A stretch of DNA of 64,000 nucleotides from Leucoraja ocellata (lineage: Eukaryota): contig JAWMAR010000307.1 of assembly GCA_036785375.1 (NCBI GenBank), positions 1,674,001-1,738,000 of the forward strand, in the 5' to 3' direction. Under the pieces are notes generated by a model. It had not been told where the DNA came from and searched no databases. It saw only the letters and a program-made list of their open reading frames with translations. Positions 10,851 through 21,848 of this stretch are shown here, piece by piece (the first letter of the stretch is position 1; each line of letters begins with the position of its first letter). Position numbers and translations under genes: made by a program.

Positions 10851-13290
10851 GTAATAATAATAATAATAAATTTTATTTATGGGCGCCTTTCAAGAGTCTC
10901 AAGGACATCTTACAAAAATTTAGCAAGTAGAGGAGAAACATGTAAGCGTAATGAAGTAAATAGTAGAGACATGACTAGTACACAAATTAAAGACAGAATT
11001 CAATTCAAAACATAATATGAGGCAATTCAAGCACAGATGAAAAGGGAGGGGGACGTGGGGCTAAGGATAGGCAGAGGTGAAGAGATGGGTCTTGAGGCGA
11101 GACTGGAAGTTGGTGAGGGACACGGAATTGCAGATCAGTTGGGGGAGGGAGTTCCAGAGCCTGGGAGCTGCCCTGGAGAAGGCTCTGTCCCCAAAACTGC
11201 GGAGGTTGGATTTGTGGATGGAGAGGAGACCGGCTGATGTGGATCTGAGGGACCGTGAGGGTTGGTAGGGGGAGAGGAGGTCAGTGAGATATGGAGGGGC
11301 CAGATGGTGGAGGGCTTTGTAGGTGAGGACCAGGATTTTGTAGGTGATCCGGTGGGAGATGGAAAGCCAGTGAAGTTGTTTGAGGACTGGAGTGATGTGA
11401 TGCCAGGATTTGGTGTGGGTGATGAGTCGGGCGGCTGCGTTCTGGACCAGTTGGAGTCGGTTGATGTAGGTGGAGCTGATGCCAAGGAGAAGTGAGTTAC
11501 AGTAGTCCAGTCGGGAGGAGATGAAGGCATGGATGAGTCTTTCAGCAGCAGGAGGTGTGAGAGAGGGTCTGATTTTGGCAATGTTGCGGAGATGAAAGAA
11601 GGAGGTTTTAATGACATGGCGGATGTGAGGCTCAAGGGAGAGGGTGGAATCAAAGATCACGCCAAGGTTGCGGGCCTGGGGAGATGGGGAGACAGTGGTG
11701 CCGTTGATGGTGAGAGTGGGGTTATTGATTTTGCTGAGTGTGGATTTGGAGCCTATGAGGAGGAATTCTGTTTTATCGCTGTTGCGTTTGAGGAAGTTAT
11801 GTTGCATCCAGGTTTTTATAGCTGACAAACAGGAATTGATATGGGAGGGGGGGTTGTGGGGGGATTTGGTGCCGAGGTAGATCTGGGTGTCATCGGCGTA
11901 GCAGTGGAAGTCCAGGTTGAAGTGGCGGAGTATCTGACCGAGGAGGAGGATGTAGATGATGAAGAGGAGGGGGCTGAGTACGGAGCCTTGCGGAACGCCT
12001 TCAGTGACTGTGGCTGTAGCAGAGGTGTGGTTGTGGAGAGAGATGAAGTGGGATCTGTTGGAAAGGTAGGAACGGAGCCAGCTGAGTGCAGAACCTTCAA
12101 TGCCGAGGTCTTTGAGTCTGGTGAGCAGGATGTTATGGTTCACTGTATCGAAGGCTGCGCTCAGGTCGAGGAGGATGAGGATGTTGAGGGAACCAGTGTC
12201 AGCAGAGGTGAGGAGGTCGTTGAGGACTTTGAGGAGCGCAGTTTCTGTGCTATGGAGGGAGCGAAAGCCAGATTGGAGGGGTTCAAATAGGTTACACGCA
12301 AGGAGGTGGGAATGAAGTTGTGACGCAACGATACGCTCCAGGGTTTTTGAAAGAAAGGGGAGGTTTGAGATTGGGCGGTAGTTAATGAGAGAGGAGGGAT
12401 CAAGACCAGGTTTCTTTAAGATTGGTGTGATAGCAGCAGTTTTGAAAGCGGAGGGGACAATTCCTTGGGACAATGAGGAGTTGAAGAGATTAGTGAGGTA
12501 GGGGCAGAGAACGGGGAGGCAGGACTTCAGCAGGGGAGTGGGGAGAGGGTCGAGGGAGCAGGTAGTGGGTTTGGAAGAGCTGATGAGTTTGGAGATTTCA
12601 TTAGGGGTGACCAGGTCAAACTGGGAGAGGAAGCAGTGTGGAGGAGGGGTAAGGAGGTCAGTGGAGATGTTGAAAGGAGGGGCCTTGGTAGGTGGTGGAG
12701 TAGATGCTGGGGAGTCGGGTACAAGGGATAAAGATTGATAGATGGTGCTGATTTTATCAGTGAAAAAGTGGAGGAATGAGTTTCAGAGATCCGGAGTAGA
12801 GGTAGGGAGAGTGTTGGTTCGAGGCTTGAGGAGGTTGCCTACTGTGGAGAAGAGGGTTCTGTGGTTTAGGCAGGGGTCAGTGAATATGGAGGAGAGGTAG
12901 GCAGATTTTGCAGCAATGAGGGCATCTTTGTAGGCAGTGAGGTGGAGTTTGTAAGCTTCATGGTGGACTGTGAGAGATGATTTCTTAGTGAGTCGTTCAA
13001 GTCAGCGACGAGTCTGTTTCAGCTTACAAAGTGCAGGTGTATACCAGGGTGAAGATGTGTTAAAAGTTACGGTTCTTGTTTTGAGGGGGGCCAGAATGTT
13101 TAGGGAGGTAGACAAGGTGGAGTTGAGATGGTTTGTGAGATCATCAGATGAGATATGGGTTGAGTCCAGGGGGAGAGTGGTGGAGAGCAGGTCAGAGAGA
13201 TGGTGGGGATCGATGGATTTTAGATTACGGAAGGTGATTTCTCGGAGGAAGCGGGGGCGAGGTGTCGGTGAAGGGACGGGAGTGACTTCG
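10851..13290 (-). mobile_element. L2-clade LINE, 5'-truncated, with a 470-aa open RT segment
   Basis: ORF 11061-12473 has NYRPISNLPFLSK, QSGFR, LDLSAAFDTV, GVPQGSVL, YADD and the L2 C-terminus (GDRAFS.AAP.LWNSLP). The 3' end reads ccttgagactcttgaaaggcgcccataaataaaatt(tat)n. Upstream linker frames are broken. Confidence 0.92.
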
Positions 13291-13337
13291 ATTATGCGAC
13301 CATTGCGCGCTCGGGTATCCGATGACGTTAAGGTCAT

Positions 13338-14244
13338 GTATAGGGAGGTTTCACGGCAGTCGGGTCACCACCCATGACCCGTACTGTTGCTACACTACTC
13401 AAACTGGAGTACAAGCGATGAACTGCATATAGGCACTAACCATTGTTTCCAGCGTAGCGGGCCCGTTAAAACCCACCGAAATTGTCCATTTTTGCGCTGT
13501 TAATAATTACAGAAATCGGGATAAGCTGAGAGACATTTAGCCTACTTCAGAATTCCAAACGGGAGTAGAAATGACGGTAAATAGAAGCGAGAGCTGAAGG
13601 GACAACAACAGCCAGAGTGCTTAGCGGACATTGGCCGTTTGCTCACTGCATTTCACCAACTAAGGCATTATTTGTGTTTTTTCTTGATTCCTTTGGCATC
13701 TAAAAAGTTTCAGAAGTGATAAATCAGGCTGTAAAATTTTATAATCTCCCATGGTTCTCATGTGGGTTTTTACCTACAAAATGAAAACGCATCTGAAGCA
13801 AAATTTACAGCTAGATTTATCACTTCTGAGATTTTTTAGATACCAAAGGAATCAAGAAAAACCACAAATAATGCCTTACTGTTGATGAAATGCAGTGAGC
13901 AAATGCGAGGATTCCTAATATTTTCAATTCCGATATCTGCACGGCCAATGTTCGCCAAGCACTTTAGCTGCTGTTGTCCCTTGAGCTCTCACTTCTCTTT
14001 ACCTTCATTTCGCTTCACGTTTGGAATTCTGAAGTTGGGTACATGTCTCTCACGCTTACCTCGACTTACACAATTTTTTAGAGCGCAATAATTCAATATT
14101 TTGGCGGTTTTTAACAGGTAGGAAAGTACGCGTTTCTTGCATTAATAAAATATACCGGAAGTTACGGATATCCTCCAGATGAATTGAGCGGCCTGTGCGT
14201 CAAGCCCTATGACCCAGTGACCTTACGTCCACACCCCCCTTATA
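13338..14244. mobile_element. Non-autonomous DNA transposon/MITE with long internal inverted repeats
   Basis: 13462-13740 is an imperfect reverse complement of 13801-14118. Weak terminal IRs TATAGGG...CCCTTATA; no ORF. Confidence 0.65.
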
Positions 14245-14679
14245 TTTGAATGCATTTTATGCCAAAGTTCCAGGAGAAGAGTGACCATGTAGGCGCTTTT
14301 CACAAACGCCCCTTATACAGTAGCTATCTTCTACAAATAGGCCATTGTGGTGAACTGTTTGCTCCCCGGGACCAAATAGAGTCCTTACCGGGTACATAAA
14401 AGTGCACCTGATGTGCTTAGATTCCCACGGAGGCTCCGGCCAATAGTTTGGTAGAAGCTGGTCATACCAAGGGTTTGGCGTAGAGCAGGGGGAATGTTCA
14501 TTCCCAAGAAGAAAGAGTCTCCAGAGTTAAATCAGTTTAGGCTATTTGTCTCCTAAACGTAGAAGGCAAGATTTTCTTTAGCATAGTGGCACAGAGGCTA
14601 GCAAGTTATTTAGAAAGGAACAGGTTAATTGATACCACAGTGCAGAAAGTAGATATACCAGGGTTCGCAGGTTACTTAA

Positions 14680-15770
14680 TCTGAATCTGAAATCACTGCC
14701 TGCCTAACCTGTATGCTTACTTTCAGTGACAATTGTACAAGGACACACAAGTCTCGTTGCACCTCCCCTTTTCCTAATCTGACACCATTCAGATAATAAT
14801 CTGCCTTCTTGTCCTTGCCACCAAATTGGATGACCTCACATTTATCCACATTATACTGCATCTGCCGTGCATCTGCCCACTCACCCAACCTATCTAACTC
14901 ACCCTGTAGCCTTAAATAATCCTCCTCACAGCTCACACTACCACCCAGTTTGGTGACATCCGCAAACTTGGAGATGCGAAATTTAATTATTTTGTCTAAA
15001 TCGTTAATCTATATTGAAAATCCTAGCATTGAACCATGTGGGCACCCCACCCGTCACGGCCTGACATTCTACAACGGGCCCGTTAATTCCTACTCTTTGC
15101 TTCCTGTCTGCCAACCAGTTCTCTTTTCAAAGGCCTTTTGAAAGTCCAGATGCACCACATCCACAGGCTCTCCCTTATCCATTTTCCCTCTTACATACTC
15201 AAAACATTCTAGAAAATGAGTCAAGCATAATTTTCCCTTCATAAATCCATGCTGACTCAGCCCGATCCTGTCACTGCTTTCCAAATGTGCTGCTATTACA
15301 TTTTTAATAATCGACTCAAGCATCTTCCCTACTACCGATGTCAGGCTAACGTCTATAATTCCCTGTTTTCTCTATCCCTTCTTTCTTAAAAAATGGGGTT
15401 ACATTAGCTACCCTCCAGTTCACAGGAACTAATTGAATGTCTATAGAACATTGGAAAATGATCACCAATACATCCGCAATTTCAAGGGTCACCTCCTTGT
15501 GTTGTTTCGGATGCAGACCATCAGGCCCTGGGGATTTACATGTCCCAACAGTTTACCTAACAACATTTCCTGAATCATGTGGATTCCCTTCACTTCCTCC
15601 CTCCCACTAGATCCTCGGTCCCCTTGTATTTCTGGGAGACTGTTTGTGTCTTCCTTAGTGAAGACAGAACAAAAGTATTTGTTTAAGTGATCTGCCAATT
15701 TCTTGTTTACCATTATAAATTAACCTGTTTCTGACTGTAAGGGGCCTATATTTGTCTTCACTAATATTAT
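14680..15770 (-). mobile_element. Decayed CR1 ORF2 (RT region)
   Basis: Fragments LQGELDRLGEWAD..MQYNVDKCEV, SQHGFMKGK.CLT, VDVVHLDFQKAF, LNKYFCSVFTKED. Confidence 0.85.
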
Positions 15771-15826
15771 CCCCGCAAGTTTCCTTTAATGCTCTATTTA
15801 CCCCCCCCTTAATTAATCCCTTTATC

Positions 15827-16395
15827 ATATAACCATATAACAATTACAGCACGGAAACAGGCCATCTCGACCCTTCTAGTCCATGCCGAACACATATTCT
15901 CCCCTAGTCCCATATACCTGCGCTCAGACCATAACCCTCCATTCCTTTCTCGTCCATATAACTATCCAATTTATTTTTAAATGATAAAAACAAACCTGCC
16001 TCCACCACCTTCACTGGAAGCTCATTCCACACAGCCACCACTCTCTGAGTAAAGAAGTTCCCCCTCATGTTAACCCTAAACTTCTGTCCCTTAATTCTCA
16101 AGTCATGTCCCCTTGTTTGCATCTTCCCTCCTCTCAGTGGGAAAAGCTTATCCACGTCAACTCTGTCTATCCCTCTCATCATTTTAAAGACCTCTATCAA
16201 ATCCCCCCTTAACCTTCTGCGCTCCAAAGAATAAAGCCCTAACTTGTTCAACCTTTCTCTGTAACTTAGTTGCTGAAACCCAGGCAACATTCTAGTAAAT
16301 CTCCTCTGTACTCTCTCTATTTTGTTGACATCCTTCCTATAATTAGGCGACCAAAATTGTACCCCATACTCCAGAATTGGCCTCACCAATGCCTT
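15827..16395 (-). mobile_element. Young CR1 LINE, 5'-truncated, nested in an older CR1
   Basis: ORF 15904-16389 VRPILEYGVQFWSP..; near-identical to 8189-8622 and with the same tail. Confidence 0.9.
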
Positions 16396-16739
16396 ATCCT
16401 CCTCTGTTAAATTTTAAATTTCTCCCAGTCCACCGGTTTGCTGCTTTGTCTGGACAATTTATATGCCTGGATTTAACATTCCCAAATTTCCATCATTTGC
16501 CACGGTTGAGCCGCCTTCCCTGTTTTATTTTTACACCAGACAGGGGTGAACAATTGGTGCAAATCATCCATAGGATCTTTGAATGTTTGCCATTGCATAT
16601 CAATCGTTAAGCCTTTAAGTACATTTGCCAGTTTATCCCAGCCAATTCCCACATCATACCGTCAAAACCTGATTCAGTTTGATCACAGTTATGAATAGCT
16701 ATGGCACTAGATTCAGACTGCCAAGCTTGAGAGAAGAGG

Positions 16740-17005
16740 TTTGCATAGCCTTTATAACAAGAAGAGTTGAGTATAGGAGCAAAGTAGTCCTTCTGCAGTT
16801 GTACAGGGCCCTAGTGAGACCACACCTGGAGTATTGTGCACAGTTTTGGTCCCCCAATTTGAGGAAGGACATTCTTGCTATTGAGGGAATGCAGCGTAGG
16901 TTTACAAGGTTAATTCCCGGGATGGCGGGACTGTCATATGCTGAGAGAATGGAGCGGCTGGGCTTGTATACTCTGGAATTTAGACGGATGAGAGGGGATC
17001 TTAAT
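16740..17005 (+). mobile_element. CR1 ORF2 fragment (different subfamily)
   Basis: LQLYRALVRPHLEYCAQFWSPNLRKDILAIEGMQRRFTRLIPGMAGLSY. Confidence 0.85.
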
Positions 17006-17024
17006 GATACACATAGTTTCCTTG

Positions 17025-17700
17025 TAAGTAAGTAAGTAAATTTTATTTATATAGCACGTTTAAATCAACTCGCGTTGAAACTAAAGTGCTTTACACAAAA
17101 GAAACAATAAAGTTTCCGTACATCTATAGAAAAATTAAAAAAGAGAAAAATGACACAACACATTATAGAATTCAACAAGAACGTCCCCCCCCCATAACAG
17201 AATCAAAAATGTCCACTGTGGAAAGGCACCAGAAAGTTAAGTCTTCCTCTGTGAATCACTCGAGGTCGGGGCCTATTTGTGGCCTCCGCAGCCAGTCCGA
17301 TGTTTTCAGGCCCTGTTGCCGGGAAGCTGGAACTCCGGCGTCAGGTGAACACTCCTCAGCGTCTTGGAAATGTCTGGAGCGGCCACTTCCTCCCTGGAGA
17401 CCGCGGCTCCCGAAGTCCTCAGGCCGCGCTGGCGGGAGCTTCGACTCTGGCGATCCCGGATCCCAGGCTCCACGGTGCTCCAAATCCAGCACCGCCCGCG
17501 GCTGGACGCCCGCAGCCACAGCTCCTCGGATGTTAGTTGGCGGTGACTGCACTCCGGAGCTTACCGCACGGCGACCCGGGTAGGGCATCACCCGCTCCGT
17601 GTTGGTGTCCCAGCGCTGTGCCACCGCCGAAGCTGCAGTCCCAGCCGGTACCGACGGGAAACGCAGCTCCAGCCCGAGGTAGGCCGCGAGGAAGGGGCAA
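17025..17700 (-). mobile_element. Non-coding retroposon with L2-like tail and GC-rich body
   Basis: Minus-strand end ...gtgctatataaataaaatt(tact)n is an L2-type 3' terminus; the body at 17255-17700 is GC/CpG-rich with no recognisable ORF. Confidence 0.5.
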
Positions 17701-17721
17701 AGAAACAGCTCGGAGGGAAAC

Positions 17722-19130
17722 TGCTTAAGAAGGAACTGCAGATGCTGGAAAATCAAAGGTACACAAAAATGCTGGAGAAACTCAACGGGTGCAGCAGCAT
17801 CTATGGAGCGAAGGAAATAGGCAACGTTTCGGGCCGAATCCCTTCTTCAGACTGATAGGGGGTGGGGGGAGGCGGTGAGAAGAAAGGAAAAAGGAGGAGG
17901 AGCCCGAAGGCGGAGGTAGGAAGGGGAGGAGACACAGGGCTCTCGCTTAACTTTTTTACCCCGTTGCCAGCCGGGCAACCTCGGCAGCTCTTTAGGTTGC
18001 CAAATGACATTTTAGGTAGTCATTTAAGATGGCTTGCATGAAGCGTGCTCGGACGAAGTGCGCAGTTACCAGTCGGAATTATGCATTCACATATTATTTC
18101 TGCTTCAAATAAAGTCACAAACTAACATATTCACCAATCAAGACATGATATGCAGCAAAATTATAATAGGGTATCTCAACTCTTTTTACACATTGCAATT
18201 AATGCAATTGTTATTATTTCTTTCCACTTCCAAACAAAAATGTTGTTGGATTATTCACCGTATGATCAACCTGTGTCAATAAATCCTGGACCTTGATAAC
18301 ATATATGCTTAACCATGCACACTACAAGCATGTTTTCTGTGAAGGACCGAACATTATCATGACATGGCCATAGCATGGGTCGTTATTGCTGTTGGTACAG
18401 AAGCATCTTTCCCACAACCAGCGCCGACACAAAACTTCACGTTCCTTTTCCCCAGAGATGCTGCTGGATGCGCAGAGTTCCTCCTATTTTTGTGTGTCTA
18501 TCTTCGGTATAAACCAAGTTGCCAAGCCGGGTAAAATGACTCGCCGTTTAGGTTGCTCGGCGGCAGTTTGAGTGGTCATTGGCACCCGGGCAACTGTGAA
18601 TTTCGAGCCCTGAGATAGCAAGGGTTAACGGAATTGTGAGAATTCAATGTTCATGTCCCCAGGATGCAGACTCCCCAAGCGGAATATGCGGTGCTGTTCC
18701 TCCAATTTCCGGTGTTGCTCGTTCTGGCCGTGGAGGAGGCCCAGGACAGAGAGGTCGGATTGGGAATGGGAAGGGGAGTTGAAGTGCTTGAGCTACCGGG
18801 AGGTCAGGTAGGTTCTTGCGGACCGAGCAGAGGTGTTCGGCGAAACGATCGCCAAGCCTATGCTTGGTCTCACCGATATAGATCAGCTGACATAATAGAT
18901 GAGGTTGGAGGAAGTGCAGGTGAACCTCTGTCACACCTGGAACGACTGCTTGGGTCCTTGAATGGAGTCGAGGGGGGAGGTAAAGTGACAGGTGTAGCAT
19001 CTCTTGCGGTTGCAAGGGAAAGTGCCCGGGGAAGGGGTGGAGCAGGAGGAAGGGAAGAATTGACAAGGGAGTTGCGCTGTTCCTTCTTAAACAGTTGAGG
19101 TTCACCTGCACCTCCTCCAACCTCATCTAA
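17722..19130 (-). mobile_element. Penelope-like element 3' part (GIY-YIG endonuclease plus pLTR), interrupted by a MITE
   Basis: ORF 18644-19126 contains YIGETKHRLGDRFAEH (GIY-YIG). The pLTR segment is at 17722-17930, and there is an inverted duplicated piece at 19098-19129. Confidence 0.85.
17935..18612. mobile_element. hAT-like non-autonomous DNA transposon (678 bp)
   Basis: TIR CAGGGCTC...GAGCCCTG, flanks AGACA/AGATA, subterminal GTTGCC..GCCGGG repeats. It splits otherwise contiguous Penelope sequence. Confidence 0.7.
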
Positions 19131-19909
19131 CCAATCCTCTGGCTTCCGGCTACTCTTTGCTCTGTTATACATCTTTTCTTTTAGTTTTATTCTATCCCTA
19201 ACTTCTCTTTATATTCCTGGCCATCTTCCTCCAATCGCATCTGAATCAGTTTCCATCTGATTACACTCCTTGAGGATGTTCATCTACGTGTTCAATTAAT
19301 AAAACAACAAGATTTATTCAACCTGTTCAAGGAATTTGGGGTGGGGGTGTGGGGTTTAGAAATAGTCAGTGAGGTAAACGAACATAATAGTTGAGTGGCA
19401 AATGACAATAGTGCTACCTTCCCAATATTTAACTGAAGGAAATAATGGGTTATCGTGGCTGTATGTTATGGCAGACAGTCTGACAACTTGCATGTCATTT
19501 TAATATTACACTTATCCGATCCCCCTGGATATTCCGGATTAATAAATTAAGGTTTTGTCAACTAATTACAAATCAGGCTAATTACAAATCAATAACATTA
19601 GCCAACTCCGAAACACAAAGCGCTGAGGATTGGGGTTAAGGCATCACGGACAACTGGCCTCAGTTCCCCGCTCACATCTGGTAGTGCTCTCCATCTGAGG
19701 TTTCAGGGGCCGTGGAGTGTTTTTGTAAGTAGGGGGGCTGAGTCACTGTCCTTGGGAGGGAGTGGAACAACCGAGTGGGGGGAGGGTGTGGGAGGGGGGG
19801 GGATAGGGATTTTTTAAAATTTGTTGTATTAAAATCATCTTTTAGTGCATTGTAGAAGTATGATTTAAATGTTTTTTGTTTGAAGTATTTTTAAGAGGTA
19901 ACATTTTAA

Positions 19910-20200
19910 GGGGTAACTTCTTCCACACAAAGGGTGGTGGGTGTATGGAACAAGCTGCCAGAGGAGGTAGTTAAGGCAGGTACTATCCCAAAATTTAAGA
20001 AAGTTTGACTGATACATGGATAGGACAGGTTTGGAGGAATATGGACCAAAAGCAGGTAGCACAACTTTAGACCCCCTCTAAACCCATCTAACCCCCTCTA
20101 AACCCAATCTAAGGATAAAGTGGAAATCTTTTAGACTGAGATGAGAAAAACATTTTTAACACAGTGGTGAATCTCTGGAATTCTATGCCACAGAATGTAG
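19910..20200 (+). mobile_element. CR1 3' fragments
   Basis: ggggtaacttcttccacacaaagggtggtgggtgtatggaacaagctgccagagg and gtggtgaatctctggaattctatgccacag are CR1 FFTQRVV..WN.LP-coding remnants. Confidence 0.65.
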
Positions 20201-20917
20201 TTTCTATGTTTCTAACGCCCTCTAATCACCACTAAACCCCTCTAACCCCCACTAAACCAGTCAAAACCTGTCTAAACCCATCCAAACCCGTCTAAACCCA
20301 TCCAAACCGGTCTAAACCCGCCTAAACCCATCTAAACCCCTCTAACCCCGCTAAACACCTATAAACCCCCTATTAAACCTCTCTAAAACCCTCTAAACAA
20401 CTCTAAACCCCTCTAAAGCCCACTAAATCCCTCGGATCCCTCTAAACCCCTCTAGACCCATGTAAACCCTCTAAACCCCTCCAAACCTCTAAAACCCACT
20501 AAACCCCTCGAAAGCTCTCTAAACACATCTAAAGCCCTCCAAACCCCGTCCAAAGCACTCTAATCCATCGAAACCCCTGCAAACCCCTCTAAACCTCTCT
20601 GCCCCCCCCTTACCCCTCAAAGCCCCTCTAAACCCCTCTAAAGCCCTCCAAACCTCTCTAAACTCGTTTAAACCCATCTAAACCCCTCTAAACCGCACTA
20701 AACCCCTCTGATTCCATCTAAACCCCTCCAAACCCCTGTAAACCCCTCTAAACACATTTAAACCCGTCTAAACACCTCGAAATATCTCTAACCCCCCCTA
20801 AGCCCCTCTAAACCCCTTGAAACTCCTCTATGCCCAACGAAACCCCCTCTAAACACTTCGAAACCGCTCAAACCCCCCAAACCTATCTAATCCCCTCTAA
20901 TTCTCCTCTAACCCCCG
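20065..20917 (-). repeat. Inverted (C-rich) block of the 10-mer satellite (CCCCTCTAAA)n
   Basis: Reverse complement of the GGGGTTTAGA array; interrupted by a CR1 fragment at ~20110-20210. Confidence 0.92.
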
Positions 20918-21094
20918 CAAATGTACAGACGGAAGAACAGCTTCGCACAGGAAGAAGCTGCAGATGCTGCTTTCAACCGAAGATATACACAAAAAGCTGG
21001 AGTAACCCAGCGTGACAGACAGCATCTGTGGGCAAAAGGGTCTCGAAATGGAACTGTGCGAGTCGGCACTGACCAGCGACCCCCACACATAATC

Positions 21095-21309
21095 GATGTC
21101 CGACACACACTGGGGACAATTTACATTTAAACCTGTATATCTACACGCCTGCGCGTCCTTGGAGTTCGGGAGGAAACCGAAGATGTCGGAGAAAATCCAC
21201 GTGGTCTGGGGGAGAACGTGCACACTCCACACAGACAGCACCCTTAGTCGGGATTGAACCCGAGTCTCTGGCGTTGTCAGGCAGCAACTCTACCGCTGTG
21301 CCACCGTGC
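21095..21309 (-). mobile_element. tRNA-derived SINE (V-SINE/HE1-like)
   Basis: The minus strand starts GGTGGCACAGCGGTAGAG (A box) ... GGTTCAATCC (B box), followed by the V-domain-like GGTTTCCTCCC. Confidence 0.75.
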
Positions 21310-21389
21310 TGGATAGCTTGAGCTCAGAAACGCAGATCTAACATATGTGGTCACAAAACTCTGGAGTAACAGCGGGGCAGGCAGCATCT

Positions 21390-21506
21390 CTGGAGAAAAT
21401 CCACGCGGTCACGGGGAGAACGTATTAACCGCGCAGCCGGCGGCCGTGGTCGGAATCGAACCCGGGTCTGAACCTGTGAGGCAGCAACTCTACCGCTGCG
21501 GCACTG
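21390..21506 (-). mobile_element. Second tRNA-derived SINE 5' fragment
   Basis: GTGCCGCAGCGGTAGAGTTGCTGCC...GGGTTCGATTCC on the minus strand; homologous to 21190-21309. Confidence 0.7.
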
Positions 21507-21517
21507 TTTACCGTTGC

Positions 21518-21848
21518 CCTCCCCTAATTCCCCATTTAATGATGCGCTCCGCTAATTCCCCATTTAACGTTGCGCTCCCATAATTTCCCATTTAACGTTG
21601 CGCTCCCCTAATTCCCCATTTAATGATGCGCTCCACTAATTGCCCATTTAACGTTGCGCTCCCCTAATTCCCCATTTAACGTTGCGCTCCCCTAATTCCC
21701 CATTTAATGATGCGCTCCACTAATTCCCCATTTAACGTTGCGCTCCCATAATTCCCCATTTAACGTTGCGCTCCCATAATTCCCCATTTATTAGTGCCCT
21801 CCCCTAATTCCCCATTTATTGGTGCCCTCCTCTAATTCCCCATTTATT
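21518..21848. repeat. 28-bp minisatellite (~11-12 copies) CGCTCCCCTAATTCCCCATTTAACGTTG
   Basis: Period 28 (e.g. cgctcc at 21601 and 21629); variants AACGTT/AATGAT. Confidence 0.92.

Noticed and set aside
17086-17756. GC-rich overlapping ORFs as a host gene
   Set aside because: No recognisable domain, open frames are explained by high GC, and the region is attached to a retroposon-type tail.
21518-21848. CRISPR-like array
   Set aside because: Contiguous 28-bp tandem units with no unique spacers, in a vertebrate context without cas genes.
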